IMG/VR virus record: IMGVR_UViG_3300005549_000002
Location: 1 to 64,000 of that record
Length of the DNA: 64,000 bases
Source: a virus
Direction: 5' to 3' (one strand)
The translations under genes and the position numbers were made by a program. Position 1 is the stretch's first letter, and each line of letters begins with the position of its first letter. Below the pieces are notes generated by a model. It did not search any database. It had not been told where the DNA came from and saw nothing but the letters and a program-made list of their open reading frames with translations. Of the stretch, positions 40,523 to 48,866 are shown piece after piece.

Positions 40523-41341
40523 ATGACAACGCCGAGGGACTTGAAGCGGGGGATGGTCGGCGCGGACGTCGAGCTCTGGCAGCGCACCGTCAGCTGCCCC
40601 GTCATCGACGGCGTCTTCGGCGAGAAGACCGAGCAGCTCACCAGGATGTGGCAGCAAATGAAGCGGCTGACGCCCGACGGCATCGTCGGCCCGAAGACGA
40701 GGGAAGCGGCCGCGCTCGCTTCGACGCTGCCCCCGCCGCCGCCGATCGACGAGGTGCTGCCGACGCCGGTGACCTACATCGAAGCGCGCTACTTCACCCG
40801 CGGGCGCCGCGGCGCGACCGTTTCCTGCATCGTCATCCACACCGCCGAGACGCCCGAGGGGGAGAAGACGGCGCGCGGCGTCGGCAGGTGGTTCGCGAGC
40901 GAGATGCGGGGGGCCGACGGGGAGATCCACGAGGGCTCGACCCACTACGGCGTCGACGCGAAGGAGATTGTGCAGTACGTCCGCGAGAGCGACATGGCCT
41001 ACGGGGCGGGGGGCGCGAACGGCAGGGGCATCCACATCGAGCACGCGGGGCGCGCGAGCCAGACCGCCGCCGCGTGGGCGGACCGCTACTCCGAGGAGAT
41101 GCTGCGGCGGTCGGCCGCGCTCGTCGCCGACATCTGCCGCCGGCACGGCATCCCCATCAAGCGCATCGCCGCCGACGAGCTCAAGGCGGGGGCGCGCGGG
41201 ATCTGCGGCCACGACACCGTCACCGCGGCCTACCCCGTCAAGGGGGGGCACACCGATCCGGGGCCGCATTTCCCGTGGGCGCACTACCTCGAACTCGTGA
41301 TGGCGGCCGACGGGCTCGATCATCTCAAGCCGGGCGCTTGA
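40523..41341 (+). CDS. Endolysin: peptidoglycan-binding domain plus N-acetylmuramoyl-L-alanine amidase
   Basis: DGVFGEKT...DGIVGPKT; IVIHTAE, STHY, IHIEH, GH and HTDPG amidase_2 motifs. Confidence 0.88.
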   Translation: MTTPRDLKRGMVGADVELWQRTVSCPVIDGVFGEKTEQLTRMWQQMKRLTPDGIVGPKTREAAALASTLPPPPPIDEVLPTPVTYIEARYFTRGRRGATVSCIVIHTAETPEGEKTARGVGRWFASEMRGADGEIHEGSTHYGVDAKEIVQYVRESDMAYGAGGANGRGIHIEHAGRASQTAAAWADRYSEEMLRRSAALVADICRRHGIPIKRIAADELKAGARGICGHDTVTAAYPVKGGHTDPGPHFPWAHYLELVMAADGLDHLKPGA

Positions 41342-41589
41342 CCCGGCAGATCGCCTGCCCTCGCTGCCAAGGCGACGGCATGATCCTCGAAGCGCCCCAT
41401 GTGCTGGTCACGTGCACGCGCTGCCAGGGCAGAGGGACGATCGCCGCCGCGGCCGAGGCGAAGATGCGCGAGGCCGTCACGACGGTGCCGTGCCCGGTCT
41501 GCGAGCACTGCGCCGCGTGTGACGGTGCACATATGGTCACCCCCGCGCGCGCCGTCGAGCTCCGCAAGCGGCAGCCGCCGCGCCCGTGA
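41338..41589 (+). CDS. Small zinc-finger protein
   Basis: TTGA overlap; CPRCQGDG, CTRCQGRG, CPVCEHCAAC (DnaJ-like CxxCxGxG). Confidence 0.5.
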   Translation: MTRQIACPRCQGDGMILEAPHVLVTCTRCQGRGTIAAAAEAKMREAVTTVPCPVCEHCAACDGAHMVTPARAVELRKRQPPRP

Positions 41590-41598
41590 AACCCTTGT

Positions 41599-41675
41599 GG
41601 GGCGGTAGCTCAGAAGAAAGAGCGCCGCGGTTAACCGCCGCGGAGGTCGGAAGTTGAAGTCTTCCTCGCCCCACC
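41599..41675 (+). tRNA. Atypical tRNA or tRNA-like element (nominal anticodon AAC, Val)
   Basis: Cloverleaf: acceptor GGGGCGG/TCGCCCC, D stem GCTC/GAGC, 6-bp anticodon stem CCGCGG/CCGCGG, T stem GGAAG/CTTCC. D loop lacks GG, T loop is TTGAAGT; ends ACC then a T run. Confidence 0.7.
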
Positions 41676-41837
41676 TTTTTTTCTAACGCCCCTTCGCCAG
41701 AGTTTTTTCGCGAGCGCCTTCCAACGGCGCGCCCCCCGCTCCTGGCCGTCCAGCGCCCGCACGAGCGTGCGGATAACCTCGTGCGGATCCAGCGTGCGAA
41801 TGGACGGCGCGACGTACAGCTTGCCCCGATCGCTCAT
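41631..41837 (-). CDS. Hypothetical protein
   Basis: GGAGAGGGG RBS; last gene of the leftward operon; 3' end overlaps the tRNA-like element antisense. Confidence 0.45.
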   Translation of the reverse strand: MSDRGKLYVAPSIRTLDPHEVIRTLVRALDGQERGARRWKALAKKLWRRGVRKKGGARKTSTSDLRGG

Positions 41838-41895
41838 GCTCGTTCCCCTCCTCCGATAGCGCTACCAAACCAGCTTCACCGGCCCCCGCCCTCCC

Positions 41896-42249
41896 TCACC
41901 GGAGCGCGGGGGCTTCGTCATTTTGTACCCGGAGCGACAGGTACCGAATCTTGCCGTTCGCGCCGACGTGCGGATCGACGATGATCGCGACGCGCTGCGC
42001 GCCCATGTCCGCTGCAAACTGCCGGGCGTCGGAGACTTGCCTGATGCGCTCGTAGCGGAGGGAAAACTCGGCCGCCGCAGTGGCGATCGCCTCGAGCGAG
42101 GAAAAGACCGGGATGCAATGCCCGACGCCGCCGGCGACGCGCAAGAGGACCGGTTGCTCGCCGCGCCACAGGAGCAGCATGCCCTCCAAAAAAACCTCGC
42201 CGACGCGCCCCGTCGGCCTCGGCGGCGAACCGTCGTCGCCCATCACCAT
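41896..42249 (-). CDS. Hypothetical protein
   Basis: Coupled to the upstream gene; start uncertain. Confidence 0.45.
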   Translation of the reverse strand: MVMGDDGSPPRPTGRVGEVFLEGMLLLWRGEQPVLLRVAGGVGHCIPVFSSLEAIATAAAEFSLRYERIRQVSDARQFAADMGAQRVAIIVDPHVGANGKIRYLSLRVQNDEAPALR

Positions 42250-42503
42250 AGGTCGCCCTCGGCCCATTGAGAAATGCGATCGCGGTCGAGATCGACGCCC
42301 GTCCATCGCAGGATCTGCTCGCGCGTCCACACGATGCGGTCGAAGACGACGCCGGCGGTGAGTTTCGAGTCGGCCTCCGACGTGTCGAAGTGGCCGATGT
42401 AGCCATTGCCGACACGCGCCTCGACGTGCAGGTTGCCCTTCAACGCAAGGCCGCCCTTCAACTGCAGAACGATCGGCAGGCGCCGACCTTGACTCGTGCT
42501 CAT
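42243..42503 (-). CDS. Hypothetical protein
   Basis: AAGGGGG RBS before MSTSQG. Confidence 0.5.
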   Translation of the reverse strand: MSTSQGRRLPIVLQLKGGLALKGNLHVEARVGNGYIGHFDTSEADSKLTAGVVFDRIVWTREQILRWTGVDLDRDRISQWAEGDLW

Positions 42504-42520
42504 TTTTTGGTTTCCCCCCT

Positions 42521-43006
42521 TCATGCGTCTTCGTCGGTTAGATCTTCGTCGCTCGTCCGTTTTGCCATGAACGTGTCGTAGTTGTTCCGAATGAACATGA
42601 CCGCGCGCTCGTGCCCCGCCTCGGCCTGCTCCCAGGTCGAATAGCGTTTCTGCAGATCCAGCCAGCCGTGATCGCGCGGTCCTCGGATCGGCGTGGTGAT
42701 CGGGTAATCGACCATCGTCTCGAACAGGAGCGGCGGGCCCAGGCGCTCGCCGTCATTGCCGATGTGGAAGTTGTGATCGATGCCGAGGAACGTCGTGTAG
42801 ACGGTGAAGACGCCGACTTCGGTCTTGCCGACGCGCCGCGCCTCGGCATCATTGAACCACGCCCCCCACGCGCGGGAGTCCGCGCACGGGACCGGCGTGT
42901 GCCCGTCGAGCACGTAGATCCCGAGGAACCGCCCGTCGTACCGCGGATCGGGCGCTTCGCGCGAGCGAACGAGCTCCAAGACCGCGCGCTTTTTCCGACC
43001 GGTCAT
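42521..43006 (-). CDS. Phage hypothetical protein
   Basis: TTFLGIDHNF, PPLLFETMV, RYSTWEQAEAGH, a motif set I recognise from phage accessory proteins. Confidence 0.65.
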   Translation of the reverse strand: MTGRKKRAVLELVRSREAPDPRYDGRFLGIYVLDGHTPVPCADSRAWGAWFNDAEARRVGKTEVGVFTVYTTFLGIDHNFHIGNDGERLGPPLLFETMVDYPITTPIRGPRDHGWLDLQKRYSTWEQAEAGHERAVMFIRNNYDTFMAKRTSDEDLTDEDA

Positions 43007-43296
43007 GGGCGAACCTTGATCGGCACCACGAACGCGGGGACGTTCCTCGGTAGGATGCCGGCGTCTTTGATGTCGCAGACGAAGCACCGAAAGACCGTCT
43101 CCTCCGGCCGCTCGTACGGCGCGTCGAGCGTTGCGATCGTCGCCGCCTCGGCGTGCGAAGCGTAGAGCCTGCGGCACGCGGGGCACGCCCACGGCTCGGC
43201 CGGCCATTGGATTCGCACGAGCTCGGCGGCGATGCGCATGGCCTCGCGCCCTTCGGCGTCGTTGCCTGCGGTGCTCGGGTGAAGGAACTTGCTCAT
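43003..43296 (-). CDS. Zinc-ribbon hypothetical protein
   Basis: CPAC...CFVC; ATGA overlaps on both sides. Confidence 0.55.
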   Translation of the reverse strand: MSKFLHPSTAGNDAEGREAMRIAAELVRIQWPAEPWACPACRRLYASHAEAATIATLDAPYERPEETVFRCFVCDIKDAGILPRNVPAFVVPIKVRP

Positions 43297-43700
43297 GAGC
43301 TCGGCACCTTCCTCGTCGGGTTGAAGATTCGCGCCGCCGTGTCGACGCCGAGCTCGCCAGGCGCGACCTGTTCGTATTCGACGCCCTCTTCATCGAGAAG
43401 CGCCTGCAGCATCATCACGGTCGGCGCATTGCCACGCTCGATCAAGTCGGCGCCGGCGCAGAAGAGGGCCCGAAGCTCGCGCGCCGCGTCGTTCCTGAAG
43501 ATGAGGGGGACGTCGTCGATCGATGCGCAGAGAGGCGTCTCGCGGTGCAGCAGCGCGAAGTGCGGATGCACCGTCGGGTTTTGCCGGCGCCACTCCCGAA
43601 GCACGCTCACCATCATGGCGCAGCAGCGGACGTAGCTATCGGTGGGGTCCGCTTCGCCCCGCGCGACCGACGCCGCTTTGCGCCGCTCGTGCCGGTTCAT
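43293..43700 (-). CDS. Hypothetical protein
   Basis: Starts MNRHERRK; ATGA overlap. Confidence 0.55.
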   Translation of the reverse strand: MNRHERRKAASVARGEADPTDSYVRCCAMMVSVLREWRRQNPTVHPHFALLHRETPLCASIDDVPLIFRNDAARELRALFCAGADLIERGNAPTVMMLQALLDEEGVEYEQVAPGELGVDTAARIFNPTRKVPSS

Positions 43701-43912
43701 GCCGATGCCGCCTTCCCGACAGCGCTTTCGAAGCGTTGCCCGCAAACGGGACAGATCACGACGATGAGGATACGGGCCGGCGGCGGACCGACGTGGGCTA
43801 GCTCCGCGTACGCTTCGCGCGGGGCAAGCCAACCGCATGGGCACTCTTGCTGAATGCTGCCCGCTTCGTTGGCGGCCCTCGCGGCGACGGCGCGACGTTC
43901 GTGCCGGTTCAC
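43697..43912 (-). CDS. Zinc-ribbon hypothetical protein
   Basis: GTG start, (M)NRHERRA; CPCG and CPVCG. Confidence 0.5.
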   Translation of the reverse strand: MNRHERRAVAARAANEAGSIQQECPCGWLAPREAYAELAHVGPPPARILIVVICPVCGQRFESAVGKAASA

Positions 43913-44169
43913 GGCCAAACCTCCCGGCGGTATTCGAGCAGCACGCCCACGAGCTCGTCGAGCGCGCGCGCCGACTTCAATCGGAGCACGACCTGGACGT
44001 CGCTGGCGATCGGGATGAGCAGGTGCACTTGCGTCGTCGGGCCCGAGCCCGGCGGCCCCGGGCGCCAGTCGCGGACAGCGTACTCGTCGCCGACGAAGTA
44101 ACCGGTCTTGCCGTCGTCGACCGGCTGCTCGAGGGATTCGGATGCCGGTATCGGTTGGATCGTTTTCAT
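43909..44169 (-). CDS. Hypothetical protein
   Basis: 86-aa ORF with GAAGG RBS. Confidence 0.55.
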   Translation of the reverse strand: MKTIQPIPASESLEQPVDDGKTGYFVGDEYAVRDWRPGPPGSGPTTQVHLLIPIASDVQVVLRLKSARALDELVGVLLEYRREVWP

Positions 44170-44193
44170 GTGCGCCTTCGCCTTCCCAAAATC

Positions 44194-44445
44194 CTAAAGC
44201 GCCTGGCCCCGCTTGACGAGCCACGCCTCGATCTCCGCCTTCGCACGGTCGAGATCGAAGTAGTAGCGCGGCCAGCCGTCCGCTTCGTCGAAGCCGAGGA
44301 AGAGCTTGCCCCAAGCGTCAATGGTCGCAATGAAGTTGCCGCGGTCGCACCAGCCCGCGCGCGGCGCGAGCCAGATGCTGCACTCGCGCCCGCGAATCAT
44401 GAGGTGCCCGGGGTAGTCTTCCGGGGTCTCCCACGTCATCGCCAT
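44194..44445 (-). CDS. Hypothetical protein
   Basis: 83 aa; RAGWCDRG and DGWPRYYFD. Confidence 0.55.
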   Translation of the reverse strand: MAMTWETPEDYPGHLMIRGRECSIWLAPRAGWCDRGNFIATIDAWGKLFLGFDEADGWPRYYFDLDRAKAEIEAWLVKRGQAL

Positions 44446-44450
44446 CGGTT

Positions 44451-44897
44451 TTACCGCGCCAGCTCGAAGCGATACTTTCCGTTCGTGCCGGTGCGCGTGA
44501 CGATGCCGCGCTCGACCGCCCTTTTCAGGACGCCGTACGTCAACGCCTCGTGCGACCCCTTCGGCGCAACCCGCTTGTGAATGGACTTCGCCGCGACCGG
44601 CGTCTTCTTGCCGCGCAGGAACTTCACGACGCGACCGAGGGACCCATCGGGGTCGATGCTCGTCGCCGCGTCGCCACCGTTGCCGTTGCCGTTCCTGTGC
44701 TCGTCGAGCTTCAGTAGCTTGCCGATCCGCTCGACGCCGCTCCCCGACAGCGCGGCAATGGCGGCTTCGATGCGGGCAAGCTCCGCCACAGCCGTTTCGC
44801 GTTCTTTGATCCGCTCGTCGATCTCGGCAATCTCTTTTCCGACGCGGTCTCGCTCTTGGTTCAATTGCGCGATGATGCTCGGCACCTTCGGTTCCAT
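44451..44897 (-). CDS. Coiled-coil plus winged-helix DNA-binding protein
   Basis: AAAGGGGA RBS; N-terminal coiled coil; C-terminal YGVLKRAVERGIVTRTG..GKY. Confidence 0.6.
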   Translation of the reverse strand: MEPKVPSIIAQLNQERDRVGKEIAEIDERIKERETAVAELARIEAAIAALSGSGVERIGKLLKLDEHRNGNGNGGDAATSIDPDGSLGRVVKFLRGKKTPVAAKSIHKRVAPKGSHEALTYGVLKRAVERGIVTRTGTNGKYRFELAR

Positions 44898-45048
44898 TTT
44901 GGTCGTCCCCTTTCCCGACGTCGGATCTTCTTTACGCCCGCTCGGGCAGAGGGATCAACGACAAAGTATCACGCGTGTAGTAACGCTCGGCCAGGGTTTG
45001 CCCGTAGCGACGGCTTTCGTTTTCCGCTTTTCCCCGAGGATTTCGCCT

Positions 45049-45096
45049 TGAGAACAACCGCCAGCGAACACTTATTACACGCCACGGTTGTTCTCA
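45049..45096. other. Putative attP site of the serine integrase
   Basis: Perfect 12-bp inverted repeat TGAGAACAACCG...CGGTTGTTCTCA spanning 48 bp, central TT at 45072-73, 46 bp past the integrase stop. Confidence 0.65.
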
Positions 45097-45142
45097 CCAC
45101 GAAATCACCGGGTGAAATGGCCTTTTCGTAGGTCCCCCCCCC

Positions 45143-46636
45143 TCAAATCAGGCCGGTTTCTGGGGAGATCTCCTCGGCCAGTTCATCGAGCGTTCGCCAC
45201 TCGATCTCGGGCCGCTTGTCGCGCTCGATCTTGACCACGCGGGCGAGCAGCACGACGAGGCGCCGCCGTTGCTCCATCGGCAGGTTCTGCCACGCCCCTT
45301 GGAGCTGGACGACATTCGCGAGCAGCGCCCGCCGGACGCTAACGTCCTCGAGCGGGGAGCGCTTCAACGCCTGCGCCTCGGCGGCATCGATCTTGGTGCG
45401 CGCGGCGTCGAACTTCGCCATCCTCGCGCTGAACTCCTCGCGGGAGAGGTGCCCATCGACGCGCACCTCGAGCAGCCTATCGCGTTTTTTCTCGAGCGCC
45501 GCACGCTCGCGAGCGAAGTCGATCGTCGGCCGCACAATCCCGCCAGCTTTCGGCGCCAGCGCGATCTCCTTGCGCAGGTGCACGAGGCGCTCGAACATCG
45601 TCTCGCCGACGGCGCCGTCCGCCTCATGCACGGGCACATACCTCGCGCCGCAATTACGAAAGCACCGGTAGTAGTCCACGTAATTCTTGTCGGCGCCGAA
45701 GCCGCCGCCGTACGCGGGACTCATGCGAGACCCGCACCGTCCGCACGAGGCGAGCCCGCGCAGGAGCCAGTGCTGGGTGCGCGAGTCGGTGCCCGCCTTC
45801 GCGCCGCCGAGCTTGCGACGGTCGAGCGCTGCCTGCGTTCGCGCGAAAAGTTCCGGCCGGATGATCGCGGGGTGCCGCCCTTTGATCCACACGCCAGTCG
45901 AGTTTTTGATCTCGCCGAGGTAGATCCGATTGCGCAGGATCCGGTTGACGGTCGTTTTATCCCACTTGCGCGACGCGTCCTTGCGCGCCTCGACGAGAAT
46001 GTCGCCGCACGACCACCCGCGGGCCGACAGCTGGAAGAATTCCAAGACGAGCTTGGCGCGCGGCTCGTCGAGCTCGAGCACGTTGCGCTCGACGCTGCGC
46101 GTGCGCGTGCCCGCTGCGATGGGCCGCCGGTAGCCGATCGGCGCCAGCCCCTCGACGTAGTAGCCCTGATTGCGCAGGAGCAGGCGCGTGCCGACCATGC
46201 GGAGCCTGATCCGCTTGTGCTCCTCGCGCGCCATCATCACGCGCATGTTGAGCATCGAATCGCCCTCGGGCGTCGTTGGGTCGAACATGTCGCCGACGAA
46301 GTAGACGGTCGCGCCGGCCTCGCGGATCTGGCGCATCGATCGGTAGGTGAACTCCGGATCGCGCGACCACCGATCGAGCTTGTCGCAGAGCACGAGATCG
46401 CCAGCGCGCAGCGATGCCATGAGCTGCTGCATTTTCTCGCGCCGTTCGAACTTCTCGTGAACGGCGCTCTCCGCCTCCACGTACCAGACGGCGACGCCCT
46501 TTAGGCCGCGTGACCGCGCGTACGCTTGGAGGACGTTCTGCTGATCTTGGAGCGACGTACCGAGGGCCTGTTCGGGGGAACTGACCCTGGCGTAGCCGCG
46601 GACGCACCCGTACTTCGGCGCCGGCGATTTGGGCAT
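45143..46636 (-). CDS. Large serine recombinase (integrase)
   Basis: GYARVSS catalytic Ser, DKLDRWSR, APIGY recombinase domain, LLRGLASCGRCG...YYRC zinc ribbon, coiled coil. Confidence 0.93.
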   Translation of the reverse strand: MPKSPAPKYGCVRGYARVSSPEQALGTSLQDQQNVLQAYARSRGLKGVAVWYVEAESAVHEKFERREKMQQLMASLRAGDLVLCDKLDRWSRDPEFTYRSMRQIREAGATVYFVGDMFDPTTPEGDSMLNMRVMMAREEHKRIRLRMVGTRLLLRNQGYYVEGLAPIGYRRPIAAGTRTRSVERNVLELDEPRAKLVLEFFQLSARGWSCGDILVEARKDASRKWDKTTVNRILRNRIYLGEIKNSTGVWIKGRHPAIIRPELFARTQAALDRRKLGGAKAGTDSRTQHWLLRGLASCGRCGSRMSPAYGGGFGADKNYVDYYRCFRNCGARYVPVHEADGAVGETMFERLVHLRKEIALAPKAGGIVRPTIDFARERAALEKKRDRLLEVRVDGHLSREEFSARMAKFDAARTKIDAAEAQALKRSPLEDVSVRRALLANVVQLQGAWQNLPMEQRRRLVVLLARVVKIERDKRPEIEWRTLDELAEEISPETGLI

Positions 46637-46782
46637 GGCACTAGCGCCTGTACCAGGATCTCGGCAATCAAGTCAAAACGGTTCACGATACGTGCTCCCC
46701 TCCGGCTATTTGCATCTGCGCGGATGTTCGGCGTTTGCAGAGATCGCGTGTTTTCAGCCTCGCGGTTTTTCGGTGTCGGCAA

Positions 46783-46992
46783 TCACGGCTGCAGCTTGCC
46801 GGCGATGAGGCGCCGGCAGGAGGGGCAGAGCATGAACAGATCGTCCGACGCCGCGTGGCGTGCCCACCAGCCGGCGCGCTCCGCCGCGTTGCGCAGGTAC
46901 ACCGGGCTGCCGTCTTCGCACGGCGCCTCCTCCCCGCCGCAGCCGTCGCACTTCGGCGCGTGGAACGTGACGGTCCATTTCCGAGATGCCAT
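46783..46992 (-). CDS. Small zinc-binding protein
   Basis: GAGGGG RBS; CDGC...CPSC. Confidence 0.55.
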   Translation of the reverse strand: MASRKWTVTFHAPKCDGCGGEEAPCEDGSPVYLRNAAERAGWWARHAASDDLFMLCPSCRRLIAGKLQP

Positions 46993-47021
46993 TCAACGCT
47001 ACCCCTCTTCAGTGGTTCAGT

Positions 47022-47537
47022 TCATTCCGAATTGCCCATGCCCAAGAGCGGCGGCATGTGCCCGCCCACGTAGGCGGCTTCGATTCCGGGCTTCAGCCAC
47101 TCGCCAACGGTCTGCCCATCGGGCAGCGAGATGTCGGCGAGGAACTCGCGGTCAACGGTCGACATCTTCAGCTCTATCAATTCAAGCTTCGCCTTCACAA
47201 TGAGCAGCATGCACCGCCAGCGCGTGCGCGCCTTCTGGTCAAACTGGGCGGCGACCCACTCCGTGCGCTTGGCGGTGCTCAGGTAATTCCAGCCGCGCGG
47301 CGTCTTCAGCTTGGTATCCCAGTCGCGCTTGTCGACCGGCGGAAACTCCTCGCGGCGCGGCAGAGGGATTTGCATCCGAATCTGCCGGCCACCCAGCGAG
47401 AACACGACGACGGCGCGCCCCTTCTCGTCGTCGTGTCCCATCGCGCGCTGGGTCGCGCCATGCTTCTGGAGCAACAGGTCGAGCTCGACCTTTGTCCGCT
47501 CGACCGATACCGATGTGTTTTCGGCGAAGGTCGTCAC
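47022..47537 (-). CDS. Conserved phage hypothetical protein
   Basis: GTG start; FAENTSVSVERT..L..HGA, RWRCMLLIVKAKLE, REFLADI.LPDGQTVGE. Confidence 0.7.
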   Translation of the reverse strand: MTTFAENTSVSVERTKVELDLLLQKHGATQRAMGHDDEKGRAVVVFSLGGRQIRMQIPLPRREEFPPVDKRDWDTKLKTPRGWNYLSTAKRTEWVAAQFDQKARTRWRCMLLIVKAKLELIELKMSTVDREFLADISLPDGQTVGEWLKPGIEAAYVGGHMPPLLGMGNSE

Positions 47538-47809
47538 TCGCGACTCCAGGCGACGACGTCGAACGCGTCGCCGGCGCGCACGACCATGTGGTTGCCCGGC
47601 TTCAAGCTGCCGGCGAAATCGGGCTCGCGGTGCACCGTCACGGTGAAGAGCTCCTGGATCGCGACGTCGCCGCGGGCGAGCCGCACGACGTCGTTGTAGG
47701 TGAGGACCGCCTGGTTCGCGTTCCAGCACGCGACTTGTCGCGGGCGTCCGTTGACGAGGACGGTGATCTGCTTGGTGACGCCGGTGCTGGTATTTTCGCG
47801 CGCGCTCAT
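47534..47809 (-). CDS. Single multi-ubiquitin-like (beta-grasp) domain protein
   Basis: ITVLVNGRP...LTYNDVVRLA...FTVTV...GSLKPG...VRAGDAFDV matches the Multi_ubiq pattern as I know it; AAGGAGG RBS. Confidence 0.55.
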   Translation of the reverse strand: MSARENTSTGVTKQITVLVNGRPRQVACWNANQAVLTYNDVVRLARGDVAIQELFTVTVHREPDFAGSLKPGNHMVVRAGDAFDVVAWSRE

Positions 47810-48054
47810 GGTGCATGGCCTCCTTCGGTGAGACGGTGGTGGGGTGGGCAGTAATCGCGATCGGGCCCGACGCGTACGGCGCACTTGCCGCAGAGCCAGC
47901 GATCGCAGGTACCGCTCTTGGTTTGGACAGGGTAGTCGCATTGCTTGTTGGCGCCGCCCCAGCCGCACGACGAGCACTTGTGGCTCTCGCGCCGGCTGCG
48001 ATCGCACGCGATGCCGACGGCGTGCCCGTTGATGAAAAGGGTCCGGCAGCCCAT
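47806..48054 (-). CDS. Cys-rich zinc-binding protein
   Basis: CSSC, CDYP, TCD..LC..CA, DYCP.H. Confidence 0.6.
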   Translation of the reverse strand: MGCRTLFINGHAVGIACDRSRRESHKCSSCGWGGANKQCDYPVQTKSGTCDRWLCGKCAVRVGPDRDYCPPHHRLTEGGHAP

Positions 48055-48371
48055 CAGCGCGCCCGCACCTGCTCGGGGGTAAGCTGGCGGTAGTACGTAG
48101 AGGGCCCGCCGTCGCGCTGAGCGCCCCACGTGGGCCCTTCGCCGCCTCCCCAGGCGCAGTACCCGCCAGGGCGGCAATCCCAGCCGTCCTGGCAGCACGT
48201 GCCGCCACCGCAGCTATGCCAGTCGCGGCCGCAGGGGTTACCCGGCTCGGGCACGATGGGCCCGGGTTCGTTCCAGCGGCAGCTTTCCATCGAGGCGACG
48301 CAGGTCACCACGCTGACCGCCGAGAGGGCGGCGATGGCGATGGCGCAGAGCAAGGCAACCGGATCCTTCAT
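48054..48371 (-). CDS. Exported Cys-rich small protein
   Basis: AAGGAG RBS; hydrophobic N-terminus; C...C...CC...C...C pattern. Confidence 0.55.
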   Translation of the reverse strand: MKDPVALLCAIAIAALSAVSVVTCVASMESCRWNEPGPIVPEPGNPCGRDWHSCGGGTCCQDGWDCRPGGYCAWGGGEGPTWGAQRDGGPSTYYRQLTPEQVRAR

Positions 48372-48866
48372 GGGCGACTCCTTTTTTTCGGCGCGAGCAC
48401 GTACGGGCCCGTGATGACGGTGCAGCGTTTGCTATGGGACGCGGGGCACGCGAGCGGCCGCCAGAGCTTGGCGGTCTGCCGGGAGTCCTCGGCGGCGATG
48501 AATCGGCGGCACTCGCCGCACGTGATCGCGTAGAGCTCGGGCGGCGCCGTCGGTTTCATGCACGCGCCCCCTTGCCGCCCCGCACCTTCGGCCAGTTCAT
48601 GCCGTACGTCCACGAGAGCTTACCGTCGTCGTGCGATCCGTACGCGTGCGGCGGCAACGTGCAGACGTGGGTGTGCCATACCGCGCCGCAGCGCAGCGCT
48701 TTCGCCTTGCCGGCGGTGTCGGTTTCGGTCGATATTGCTTTGGTCGCGATGCTGAACACGATCGCCGTGCTGCTCATCGGCATCCTCTGGCTTGCGCTTG
48801 CCGTGCCGCTCATCGGTGAGATCGTGCGCGAGCGCCGGCGCCGAGACTGACGGCCCCCCCCGAGGC

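Noticed and set aside
46501-46782. ORF upstream of the integrase as a recombination directionality factor
   Set aside because: Overlaps the integrase start out of frame and has no recognisable motif.
48592-48850. Plus-strand hydrophobic ORF inside the leftward operon, and its minus-strand alternative 48556-48975
   Set aside because: I could not decide which strand is coding; neither has a recognisable motif.
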